The notes under the pieces were generated by a model that ran no database searches, was not told where the DNA came from, and worked only from the letters and a program-made list of their open reading frames with translations. A program made the translations under genes and the position numbers. A DNA stretch of 64,000 nucleotides from Octopus sinensis (taxonomy: Eukaryota), in NCBI RefSeq assembly GCF_006345805.1, contig NC_043002.1, positions 64,356,001-64,420,000 on the forward strand, in the 5' to 3' direction. This document shows positions 1 to 12,886 of the stretch, in pieces (position 1 is the first letter of the stretch; each line of letters opens with the position of its first letter).

Positions 1-711
1 AGTTCACATTTAAACCGCAAATCGAATATGTAGGTAACACATCGGAGCATTGGGCTCTAAATAAACAAAGTTTTCCTTTTATCGTAAGAAAGTTACTACA
101 CGTTGGCAAGGTCCTGACGAAACACCCTAAATGATTTACTTACGTTCCCTATACGTTTTCGAATTATGGGAGATCAAACTTTGCTTAACCTCGCCAACAT
201 TAGATGAAACAAGTGAAGGAAGGAATGGATTCGTTTTGAAAGACCAATAGTTTTCATTTCAAAGGGAAAATGCTCATGTAGTGAATGGAGGACGAAAGCC
301 TGATCTACTGTACCTTCAAACATGTCACTTTATCAAATGTTGGGTGAATTAGTCACCAGCTAGGACATACTTTTAAGGAATAAGCTTCCTACGTTCCCAG
401 TGTTGTTAACTCCCTGCGAATGTGTTCCTCGGTAATGAGTGGACAGCCGCAATGCACATACACAAACAGACACGCACATATCTGTGTGTGTATGTATGTT
501 TCTTTGTATATATATGTATCTATTTATTCGTGCGGCAATGTATGTATGTGTGTGTTTGTAAATTTTTTATGGTGTATACACATTATATATATTGGGAATA
601 AGAATTTATTCAGAATATTAAGTTTTCATTTATCAACGATTTCCTCGTGTATAAGTTTTTAGAGAAAATATTTAGACCTTTGATTCATATATATATATAT
701 ATATATATATA

Positions 712-1489
712 TTAAGGTATGTAGAAAAATACAACATGGACAAGAACGTATAACTCATAGAAGACGATACAATAAACATGGACAGGACATTCGAACCCCT
801 CAGTCTTCAGTCAAGAACCGGATCATCGTAGTAATTTCGGCTGATTAATCTTGAGATTACTAGATCACGGCCAGCCCTCCAAGAAAAACTAAGCTGGAAG
901 CGTAGATTTCCTGGAAGAAGGATCGAATGCATACGAACACCAGGACAGCAAAAGGGACAGATATAAAAAAACAAAAAACAATAATGGAATACAGAAACAT
1001 GAAATACAGAAGCATTAACGGTGAAAACAACAAGTGTCTTACGACTGATAACAAGCAAACAAATTTTTTCTCTGGCGCATTGGAAAAAGCCTTTATAGCG
1101 GCGGACGAAGAACAACGATGTTAACACGACGAGGGTCAGGAGCTGAAAGGCAGATTTCGGCCAACAGTCACGTGACAGAGAAGAGGGAAAAGAAAAGAAA
1201 GAGAGAGAGAGAAAAGGGGGACAAAACGCAACAAAGAGAGAGAAGAGAGAGAAAGAAGGAATCAGAGAGGAGAAGGGATGGGTGTCGAAGAATGACCTGT
1301 GAGTGCAGAGCGAGACAAAGAAATAGGAGGGTAGTGGAAGACTAGACCAAAGGATCAGAGGAAAGAGAAGATGAATAGAGAGAAAGTAAAAATGAGAGAG
1401 AGAGAGAGACAAACAGAGAGTCGTACCAATTATTAAGAATATGTGTTCACATTAATGATAAAGGGGGTACGGGGCGCCTGGAATATATG
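712..1489. repeat. 778-bp unit, copy 1 (full) of a direct tandem repeat; probable non-autonomous mobile element inserted in (TA)n
   Basis: The sequence starting ttaaggtatgtagaaaaatacaac at 712 recurs almost identically at 1490. It is flanked on the left by (TA)n. No credible ORF. Confidence 0.9.
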
Positions 1490-2115
1490 TTAAGGTATGT
1501 AGAAAAATACAACATGGACAGAACGTATAACTCATAGAAGACGATACAATAAACATGGACAGGACATTCGAACCCCTCAGTCTTCAGTCAAGAACCGGAT
1601 CATCGTAGTAATTTCGGCTGATTAATCTTGAGATTACTAGATCACGGCCAGCCCTCCAAGAAAAACTAAGCTGGAAGCGTAGATTTCCTGGAAGAAGGAT
1701 CGAATGCATACGAACACCAGGACAGCAAAAGGGACAGATATAAAAATACAAAAAACAATAATGGAATACAGAAACATGAAATACAGAAGCATTAACGGTG
1801 AAAACAACAAGTGTCTTACGACTGATAACAAGCAAACAATTTTTTCTCTGGCGCATTGGAAAAAGCCTTTATAGCGGCGGACGAAGAACAACGATGTTAA
1901 CACGACGAGGGTCAGGAGCTGAAAGGCAGATTTCGGCCAACAGTCACGTGACAGAGAAGAGGGAAAAGAAAAGAAAGAGAGAGAGAAAAGGGGGACAAAA
2001 CGCAACAAAGAGAGAGAAGAGAGAGAAAGAAGGAATCAGAGAGGAGAAGGGATGGGTGTCGAAGAATGACCTGTGAGTGCAGAGCGAGACAAAGAAATAG
2101 GAGGGTAGTGGAAGA
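1490..2115. repeat. Copy 2 (truncated, ~626 bp) of the 778-bp tandem unit
   Basis: Matches 712-~1338 and breaks off after ggtagtggaaga into tatatatat. Confidence 0.9.
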
Positions 2116-2129
2116 TATATATATGATAT

Positions 2130-2294
2130 GTGACAATTGTTGGCTGTCATAATAAAACACAGAGTTTCGGATACTGGGGCGGAAGTCTGCTCCAGCATCT
2201 CATGAGTTATTAATAACTGATGAGATGCTAGAGCAGACTTCAGCCCCGGCATCCGAAACTCTGAGTTTCATTTTGACAACTAACTAATTGTCAC
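2130..2294. repeat. 165-bp spacer-less palindrome
   Basis: Arms 2130-2211 and 2212-2294 are reverse complements, with about 10 mismatches and 1 indel by manual alignment. The centre is TT|AA. Confidence 0.92.
2211..2273 (+). ncRNA. Minimal type I hammerhead-ribozyme-like motif (Penelope/retrozyme style)
   Basis: taataa-CTGATGA-gatgc...gcatcc-GAAA-ctctgag-TT-tcattt. It has the core boxes, stem II gatgc/gcatc, self-complementary stem III ACTC-T-GAGT and a GUU site. Stem I has 2 mismatches here but is perfect (taataa/ttatta) in the opposite arm. Confidence 0.6.
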
Positions 2295-2367
2295 GTTATA
2301 TTTATAGATATTTATATAATAATATCGAGGTCTCATTCATTCTTTTGCTGTCATATTATTATTATTA

Positions 2368-2377
<10 letters not shown>

Positions 2378-2402
<25 letters not shown>

Positions 2403-2436
2403 CGTGTGTGTGTGTATGCATGTATGTATATATATT

Positions 2437-2493
<57 letters not shown>

Positions 2494-2587
2494 GCATATA
2501 CATATGCATATATCTGTTCTTTTGTTATCTATGGATGTGTACAAATACGCATCGGTACTTATGTACGCGTATGTATGTGCTTGCAAG

Positions 2588-2627
<40 letters not shown>

Positions 2628-2795
2628 CATGTATGTATATATATTTATATATATAAATATATATATATATATATTATATATATATATGTATATATATATA
2701 TGCATATACATATGCATATATCTGTTCTTTTGTTATCTATGGATGTGTACAAATACGCATCGGTACTTATGTACGCGTATGTATGTGCTTGCAAG

Positions 2796-2830
<35 letters not shown>
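2378..2830. repeat. Tandem duplication (~208-bp period) of a (TG)n-(TA)n-unique-core cassette
   Basis: The core tgcatatacatatgcatatatctgttc...gcttgcaagca occurs at ~2492 and ~2700. Confidence 0.9.
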
Positions 2831-2832
<2 letters not shown>

Positions 2833-3704
2833 TGAACACCTAGTGGTGCTATCAGAAGGACGAAAAATTGTGAAAGACAAGAAAGCATGAACGGAAGAAA
2901 GAAAGGGAGAAGAAATACTGAAAAAGTAAAAAAGAAACGAAGAAAGAAGAAAAGAAAGGAAGAAAGGAGAAAGAAAAGACAAAGCAATAAAGAAAAAAAA
3001 ATGTTTTCTTCTGAGTTGGCTTTTACTGTATCTATATGGTCAGATGTTTCACACGTCATTGAAGATAATGACATTTCATGATGCCCGTTTTGTTTCAGAT
3101 ATCGTCATGAAGGCATCTACCTCTCTTTCATTCCCACACCTTCTCTCTCTATCTATTTCTTACTCTCCCCCACTCTGCGTCTCTCTCTCTCTCTTTCCCC
3201 CTTCCTATTTGTTTATCACTCTCATATTATCCACAGATTAAATATATACATGCACACAATATGCGTACACAGTATATATATATATATATATATATGAAAA
3301 AACAAGTCAAGATGGAAAATGCTAAAATAATTTTATAAAGAACATTTCAGACCTTTTCAACTGTAACGATTAAATAATTGAATTTAGAAAAATTAAAAGA
3401 ATAGTATCTTTAAAGGAATATTTGTATAGTGTTCAAATATAAGTGGCATTCTGCCTTTCTCTGTCTCCCTTGTTTGCACTTGTGTGTTCGCGGTCGTTGT
3501 GAATTCTTGGTAGGGTAGAAGAAGAAGAAGGTTGATGAGGAGAGGGGGTGAAAAATTTGTGAGTGCCTTGATTGTCGTATTTTGAATGGTCAGTGACGGC
3601 TAGCAGTTGCAGTTCAATTCAGGAGAATATTTCTATTGAAAGGTTTGTTTATGGAATTTGCGTAGGTGTTATACTAAAAAGCATTAGTGATAAAGTTAAG
3701 AGGT

Positions 3705-3890
3705 AGAAAGTGGAGCAGAAGAAGAAGAAGAAGAAGAAGAAGAAGAAGAAGATGACGATGTTGATGATGATGATGATGATGATGAAGAAGAAGAAGAAGA
3801 AGAAGAAGATGATAATGATGGTGATGATGACGACGACGATGATGATGATAATGATGATGATGAAGAAGAAGAGGAAGAAGAAGAAAAAAG
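3705..3890. repeat. Compound (GAA)n/(GAT)n microsatellite
   Basis: Direct reading. Confidence 0.95.
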
Positions 3891-4179
3891 AGAAGGGAGA
3901 ATATGAATGAGTGGAAGTAGTGAGGTGTTGCGCCTAAATATATATATATATATATATACACATACACACACACATATGTACTGTTAAATGCTCGAAATAC
4001 GAAACTAGAAAAGCACCCAACAACTGATATAGGTCGTTTTTTATGTTGTTCATTTTGCTCTCCACTGTTGGCTTTCGGTGTTCGGAAGAATAGTTCATGT
4101 TCCATGTACTCGTCCTCCGTACTTTTCTGTGCCCACATATACGTAGAGATATACGTACATATATGTATTATACGTATGC

Positions 4180-4253
<74 letters not shown>

Positions 4254-7200
4254 TCTGTGATTGATGTTTTGATTGATAGATAGCGAAAGGGAGAAAAAAG
4301 TTTATGAAAAAATGGGTGAGCGATAGATTTGACATGGCAAATATTTCTCCGTACTCTTTTTGCTCAACTCCTACTTATGGAAATATCTACTCTATATGGT
4401 ATGGATAACGGGAACATACAGATCGTATATTTTACAATGGAGAAATGCCACAAAAGTACACATAATACAGTGACACCAACACTCATGTCAAACATGATAA
4501 GTGAATAGCGCAATAATTATTTACATAACACTACGAAATGTCTAAAATCTTCTGGAGGAGAAACTAGAGAAGCTGCGTAATTATATCGATGTGTCTAGCG
4601 TGACATGTGTAATTAGGACAAGTGAACTGATAAGCAATCATTGTTCTAAGGACATTGACATATTAAGTATATGCGCAGATAATGTGTCACTATCTTTATG
4701 TCTTTATTGTAGACACACTTAATGTTTCATAATGTAGCAATATGAAGATGGAATTATAAATATTCATAGAGCATTCTCATACAACATTTGAACAGTTGTA
4801 ATAGCCTTGAACATTTTCCGTAATACTCATTATAACTGTTAATCTTATGTACTTGCTATGCATTTAATTCAAGTAGTATGTATTTTTTAAGAAACATAGC
4901 GTTTGATGTATACATCAAACAATAATTTATTATAAATTTACTCATAGAAATGAATTCATTCAATTAGATATATATCACATTACTTAGTAACATGGCGATG
5001 TAAGTAACAGTCTTTGGTTTACATGAATTTAATAAAAACGCGAAATCACAAATAGCAAGGAAATGTATTGTTGTTGTTGTTGTTGTTGTTGTTTCTATTG
5101 TTATTATAATATTTATAATTGTAGCAAGGACGTAACCTTCGAACGGGGCAACTCTCCATAGTAATTCAAATACATCAAGCAAATATTCGGGATTAAACGT
5201 ACACAGTGTAAGCACCCTTTATCAAATGCTGTTGTCAAACTGCAGATGTATTGTTAGTGCACGGCATTAACTCCATGTCAATCTCTGTCTTTTAATTCAC
5301 CTTTACCATAATTCAGTCGCCAAGCAGCTCTTATTCCAAGGCCGCATTTCACTTAAGTGTTACTAGTTGAAGCTGGCCTGTTGGTTGAAGGGCTGAGTGG
5401 AAAAGTGCTGCATTAAATATTTGAACTGAATCTAGAGTACAGATCTCGCTGTCATACCTGCAGGGAATGGCAGCCCGCTAGTTTAGTCCTGCTAAAAGTA
5501 TATCGGACAGAACTCTCTACGTAACAGATTTTGATGGTAAATAAAAGCGCTCACTATGTGATAACAAGTGTACGACTTAAAGGCTATAAATCAACTTTGA
5601 AATAGAACAACAACGGTGGCACCATGGGAGTACCTATAGTATTCCATATAAAAATAGGACCGTCCAACAATAACACTCTCAAAGAAAATTTTCAAACAAA
5701 TGATTATATTCCTGTTTTCAAATTGCTGAAGAAGAGTGTAATAACGATATTTTGTCGGTGCCCTAAATTTTTCATTCCCCATCATCATTTTATTTCTGCA
5801 ACCACATTATAAGGTGCACGATTTGATGATGCATAGGTCGCATTCAACTGCAAGGGGATTTAAATTTGATCGTGATGCTTTCCACGAAATGAATGTCCGA
5901 CATCAATTTACAATTGCCATATGACCAGATCTGCCTGACATTGGGAGGTCATTTGCAATAATCGAATTGAGCAATAATCACTATAACAAAATAATGAACA
6001 AACTAATGAAGACTTACACAACGGGACACATTAAATATAATACCCAGCAGCTTCAGTTAAATATATAGCGAGTGAAAATTGATAAAAACAAGGGAATCTA
6101 ATTTAGTCAAAGGAAAATCATGCTATATGTATAAAAATATGTAGCCATTCAGAGGGGAAAAAATCGAAGCCAATAATATAGGCAAAAGCATGTAAAATGA
6201 ATCACTTCAAATATCGTGTGCAGTTGTATGACGAAAATAATGTTTTGAATACATGCGAATACATTTTTAAGTGGCATTAACCACGAAACGTAACACTCAA
6301 TGACACATCGATACCAATGGAAGTTCAATCATATTGGAAGAAATATATTGAACAAGCGCCTGATGAACAATGGATCAAGTGTGAAATTGATAAGTAAGAT
6401 ACGTTAACGCCGTAAATATGACTCGTTATGACTATCAAGATATATTCGGCAACACGATAACACCTACAAACAAATGCAATGCTCATGGCATTGATAACGC
6501 CACCAATTTCTACTTAATCTCTTTGCCTAAATAGACGAATATGTGTGAACGATATTCATTGTATCAATAAACCGACAAGAATCAATAACTAAAATTGGAT
6601 ATCAATATTGACCACTCGAATGAATAAAATGAATATATCTACTTATATGCATACATTAAATGGCGTTTCTACACGAACATGTATAAATACACACACACAC
6701 ATATATATATATTTATATATACATACACACACATTTATGTATAAATACATATATACATATGCATGTGTATGTATTTATGTATGTATTGCCTAACGTTCGG
6801 TACATCATCAAATTTGCTTAATGAATGCACCAGCCGTCATTAATGCTATTGAAAAGTGATAGCGTGTTACTTGATAGGAGAGAGAACATATTTACGAGGT
6901 TAATATCCTGTTGGAGAACTAACATAACATTTTGCATAATACCAGCTGGCTTTATGAACGTGTGGGAGTGGTTAGATCATTTTACCAAATCCTGTTTAAT
7001 CAATAGTGGTACTAAATATTGATAGAGCATTCAGTTAGATTCCGATATCGAAATCGGAGAATTAGAAAACTACAGTTTAAACGTATACACGTGATCAGAT
7101 AAAAATTATAAGATATAACTCATTAAAATTATGTAGTGTATAATTTTCAGAGGTATACCTTAATTTTTTAGAGGTATACCTGGTGTTGCAGTAGAAACGT

Positions 7201-8159
7201 TTGAAACAGGGGCAGCACCTGGCTTGAATAAAATAGATCGAAAGCAACATTTTCCTTTTATGGCAAAATATGCACCTAATTCAACAAAGTTATAAAGGTT
7301 ACTCTGATTACTATGCATAAAATGCAAAGTATTTTAATTTTTGTGGATTAGGTTGGCATAATTCGCCCCTGCCTTTCAATCTCAGTATCTAAGCTACGCA
7401 TAGTAATGCCGTAGTACTCGAGCTGTGTACGCACCTACAACACCATTTGCTTTACGTACTATACATGCAAAAGTAAATCTACCTTCAACTCGGTCGTACT
7501 CTGGTGTTTCGCTTTGTTGTGTGTATGTTTTACTACATAAAACTCACCAATTGCCCACCCTGAGTAATTACAGGCGACACGTGCCTGGTATAGGACATTG
7601 TGGAACGGATAATAATAAATGAAATAGTTTCTAACAGGAGCAAATATTTTGAAATTTATAGAAGATTAAAACTATAAAAACAGAAACACCAGATTTCAAA
7701 TGATTCCATTTTTTTATATATATATATATTTTTTATTTCTTACCTTTTTGATGCAGAAGAAACAAAGAAATTGGGAAAACCAACAACGGCCTGTTACTGC
7801 TTCTTATCCAGTGTTATTTTCGACATAAATCAAAAAGTTTCAAATGCTTCTCATAATGTATTTGTTATTGAAGGGAACAACTTTTGTGCAGTTTAAGGAT
7901 TTTTAGTAGCGAGGGTTTTATTCAATTATGATCATGACTGTGAGACGGATACATAGTAATATTTTGGTTACGGCGAGATTTGAACTAGGAACTTGTACTG
8001 TCGTAAATGAATGTTGAAAACATTATTTTGGCCGTGGAACAAACACAGCCGCCCATATGCCCATTGTTAATTATTTAAACTTCTCTTATTGATGAAAAAT
8101 TAATTAGATGATAACATTCAGCTCATGAATTAATAATTGAATAATATTAATTCAAATGT

Positions 8160-8352
<193 letters not shown>

Positions 8353-9769
8353 CAAGAAGGGTTGACCTGGTCGTATCTGTTTCCCAACAATTAATCGCAT
8401 ATTTCTCATTTAGTTTTATGAGTACGTTTTAACTATATTATTCATTGGTCGTGTGTGTGTTTGTTAGTTATTTTTCTGCTTCTTGGGTTTGTTTGTTTTG
8501 TTTTTTCTCACCATTGTGGTTAGCGAAAAAATAAAGAACTGAAACAAACGAAGTTATTTCTAAAAGGCATAAAAACAAAAAAAAAGAAAACTAAAACAAA
8601 CTCACACACTCAAAGAAAAAAAAGAGGAAAAAAATACAGAATAATAAATAATACGAAAACAATAGCACTCAGCAGGAGAGAAAAATTTGCATACTCAGAC
8701 AAGAAACTTGTCAAACTTTAGAGACAATATAAGCATTGTCTTCACAGCAGACGCTGCCTTGAAATCAATAGAAGCATTCCAAACGAAAACATGCACAAGA
8801 AAGAACATGAAAGAATAACGAAGATAGAATTCAAGAGGAAGAATTCAGAGGAGAAGAAAAAAATCTGTTTAAAAAATAAACATAAACGAGACACACTCAC
8901 ACATTGCATTTAACTATGGAAAGCAAGCAACTAACATTAATGCATAGAAACATGAAAACATTACATAGAAGGAAACGATCTGAAAGTTATTGATTTTTAA
9001 TACTGGCACAAGAGCGCACAGTATCACAAGGGACTTTAGTGGTAAATAAATGATAAAGGACCGTTCTGTGGTCCCATCTTGCTGATATTGGCGATAAACT
9101 GTCTAACCGATTCAGTTACCATTCAAGAATACAAACAAACAGACGAATTTAAATGATTCACAATATTACCTTAGTCGGCAGGACGTAATATTCCAACACA
9201 ATGCATATATTTGCGTAGAAAATTCCTGCACACCATAGAGATTTCTGGTTAATTATGATCGAGGTTCATCACACTACGTGTTCTGTCATCTCACTGTCAA
9301 GTATAGAAGACAACCAAAGGGAAAAAAATTGTGGCAATTGATTTGTTTAATTATAGGTAAACTCTATTGGTAGTTAACTATATAGGTAGTTAACAAATAC
9401 TTACTGGAATTTTGGTGTATTCTGAATATGATCGTTCTATATATTGAAGAATTTATAGAGTCGAAATCGTTGTGCAAGAATTTGGGGACTAAATAAAATA
9501 CCCCTCCCAAACATGACTCCCTATCTCTCTATCGTTCTGTCCATCAGTCTGTGTGTGTGTTTGTGCGTGTGTACACAGACACACACACACACACACACAT
9601 ATTTTTCTTCAATCTACTGCAACAAGCCATTTACCAGTCATAAATTTCTTAAATTTCTCCCCAACCTCTATCTTCTCTCTCCCACGCTATATATATACAT
9701 ATATATATATATAAATATATATATACAAAGACAGAGAGAGAGACAGCGGAGAGAAAGATAGACAGACAG

Positions 9770-9886
9770 ATAGATAGATAGATACATACATAAATACATA
9801 CATACATACATACATACATACATACATACATACATACATACATACATACATACATACATACATACATACATACATACATACATACA
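9770..9886. repeat. (GATA)n/(TACA)n tetranucleotide microsatellite
   Basis: Direct reading. Confidence 0.95.
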
Positions 9887-10598
9887 GTTGAAATATTTTT
9901 CCTCTCCAGTTTTTCCTCGCAAAACTTTCTGTCGAGGATCGTGGGCTCGAAATATCAAAGACATCTTCCATTCTTCCCGAGCGTCAAACTTAGGTACTTG
10001 CTTGTAGCACGCACGCACGCAAGGACGCACACATACACACACATTTACTCACACACACACACAGACATTCCCACTCACATGCACACACACATACTCACAC
10101 ACATATATATTGAAATCTATTACATGAAAATTTACCTAGATATCTAACTCCAAATTAATCTTAAATAGAAAGTCTTGTACCTTTGTGATATATACAATTA
10201 TCTATGTGTGTCGCCGCTAATTAAGATTTATAACGAATATAAAACCTTAGCACTTTATTCCGAAACTCAAAGATTCTGATGCCAATAGCTGTTAGAAGGC
10301 TTTCTGTGTCTAGCTTGCTTTAATGCAGGTTATATATATATAATTAAAATAAGCATCAAGTGCATCTTCGGTAATTTGGCACAATCGTTTCATGCTACTT
10401 CATTTTATTAAACATTGTAAGTATTACATCAGTTTTAAAGTGTTGAGCAATCCTCACCCATTTATTGAAGGTTTCCATCAAACGGACATTGCTTATTTTG
10501 ATTATAATCAACCGATGGATTTATATGAATAATACCATACAAATTTCTGGTGACTCTGACTTAAGTACCATATTCATTTTAATCTAAATTTTGCTGAA

Positions 10599-10655
<57 letters not shown>

Positions 10656-10699
10656 CATACCTGTGTTTATGTGTGTGTGCGTGTGTTGTGTGTGGGGTG

Positions 10700-11082
10700 T
10701 GTGGAGTTGCAATGATCCAGGGGTTAGGGCAGCGAACTCACGATCCTGTGTTCGCGGCTACGATTCCCAGACCGGGCGTTTTAAGTGTTTATTGACCGAA
10801 AATACTTAAAGCTGCACGGGGCTCCCCCAAGGGATTGTGGCGAACGCTGCTGTACGCATTCACCACAACTTTCTCTCACTATTTCTTCATGTTTCTGCTG
10901 TATCTGAATTTCAAAAGGGTCAGCCATGTCACACACTGTGTCACGCTGAATCTCCCCGAGAACTGCGTTAATGGTACATGTGTCTGTGTAGTGCTCAGCC
11001 ACTTACACGTTAATTTCACGAGCAGGCTGTTCCGTTGATCTGATCAACTGAAACTGTCGTCGTCGTAATGGACGGAATGCCA
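10700..11082 (+). mobile_element. tRNA-derived SINE (family A, long body)
   Basis: The head ggagttgcaatgatccaggggttagggcagcg...cgattcccagaccggg has A/B-box-like motifs. The same head occurs inverted at ~59550-59678. Confidence 0.8.
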
Positions 11083-11565
11083 CGATGTGTGTGTGTGTGT
11101 GTAGGAAAAATAGAAGTTGAAAATGCACTGAGAACAGTTATTTTTTTTATTATTATATTTAAAACTATTTACAGTGATTTTCAAAAAGTTCAAATAGAAA
11201 GATGTGGCTTATTTCGTAGTTGTCTTGCTTCTAAACTAGTATTTGCAGTTTGCCCTGTTTTTATACAGAGTTCATGGCTCAACTTAATCTAACCCTATTC
11301 AAAACATATCCTAATTTGAGACATTAAGTAACTAAAGAGTACAAACTTCAAACACTAATCAGAAGCACGATAGCTGCGATATAAGCCACATCTTTCTGTT
11401 TGAACATTTTGCAGATCAGAGTAAACTGTGAAAACGCTTAAAGCTCGAAATAAATTAATAAAAAATATTTTAACTATTCTCAGTGCATTTACAACTGCTA
11501 TTTTTCCTATATCTCTACCCATGTTCAATAAAGTAACTTTGTTTTCTATACATACATTCATACAT

Positions 11566-11638
<73 letters not shown>

Positions 11639-11665
11639 TATACATAGATACATACACACACACAC

Positions 11666-11702
<37 letters not shown>

Positions 11703-12659
11703 ATAAATAGATATATATGTATATAGATGCATAAATAGATGTATGCGTGTGTGTATATGTCTGTGTGTGTAAGAAAGAATGAGAGAGAAAGAGAGAGAGA
11801 GAATGAGAATGCAAGTTATAATTCAACGTAAGTTTCCCAACATCTAAATTTCATACAACCCGCACACAATGTTCTACTAGAATTATACTCAAGTGGAAAT
11901 ATTGGTTCCTGCACTCATACGCAAACATTAGGATGACATAAAAATGTCTCGTCATTCAACAGTTTGCCAGTTTTTGAGCTCGGTAGAGTATATAATCTAA
12001 TCGTTTAATTTAGTAGTTATATGTACTGTGCGTGTATGCCTGGACATTTGTGGATGTTTTATTATTTTCAACCTGTACATATACTAACACTTTCATTATA
12101 TTTGTTATTTGTCCTTCCAAATGCCCACAAATATGCAGTTATCTTAGAGAACATACGATTAAGTACGTAAGATATGTGCTGTTTATTTGTTTTGAAAAGC
12201 TACCAGATCGGTAAACAATGAGCAGAAAACCAGCTGGTTTATGTTAAACTGTAGTAACATGCAGTGGTGGGTCTGAATTCTATAGGAAATCAATAGAGAT
12301 GAACTTAAAAATAAGAATAGCACATTGGTAACACAAATCGTATTACAAAGTACGAGTATGTGTTGAAATGTTTCTGGCCTTTCGGATATCACAAAATCTG
12401 GTTGGAGGCCCAAACGTCCAAGTTCTTTAACGGAGCTTAGAAAAACTGAAGGACGGCTGCAATATGTACGTGATACTGAGAGAGAAATATATTGAATAAA
12501 ATCATAGGTAACTGATTCTCCTCTATTTTCTTTTAGCCAGAGCTAGTAACTTTTCATCAGCCCTCGTATAAACTTGCTAACCTTGGGCATACTTGTTAGT
12601 GTTTTACGTTTGTAAGCAATTCATATTACAGTTCTATATTTAAGGGATGAGGATTTATG

Positions 12660-12886
12660 TACATTATTTACATTACTTACTTTTGACGGATATTTGTCCT
12701 CATATTGTTTTTTTGCTAACACAACGTTTCGGCTGATACACCCTCCAGCCTTTATCAGGTGTCTTGGTGAAATTTCGAACCCGGGTTCTCATTCCTAAGG
12801 TATTTTTCAACGTAATTATCACCCAAAACGTTGTGTTAACAACAAAGAAGATGAGGACAAATATACGTCAAATGTAAATAATGTAA
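12660..12886. mobile_element. Penelope-like terminal fragment with ~65-bp inverted repeat
   Basis: 12660-12730 is the reverse complement of 12826-12886. It encloses a hammerhead-like motif. Confidence 0.6.
12718..12763 (-). ncRNA. Degenerate minimal type I hammerhead ribozyme (Penelope pLTR type)
   Basis: Minus strand gacac-CTGATAA-aggctg-gagggtgtat-cagcc-GAAA-CGTT-gtgtt. Stem I is gacac/gtgtt, stem II is ggctg/cagcc, stem III is palindromic ACGT. Core G8 reads A. Confidence 0.7.

Noticed and set aside
780-850. CTGAAGA...CGAATGTC on the minus strand of the 778-bp repeat as a hammerhead
   Set aside because: There is no GAAA after a plausible stem II, and stem I does not pair in either topology tried.
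4964-5215. 83-aa minus-strand ORF as a possible endonuclease or exon
   Set aside because: It has no recognisable motif and runs through an (AAC)n tract.
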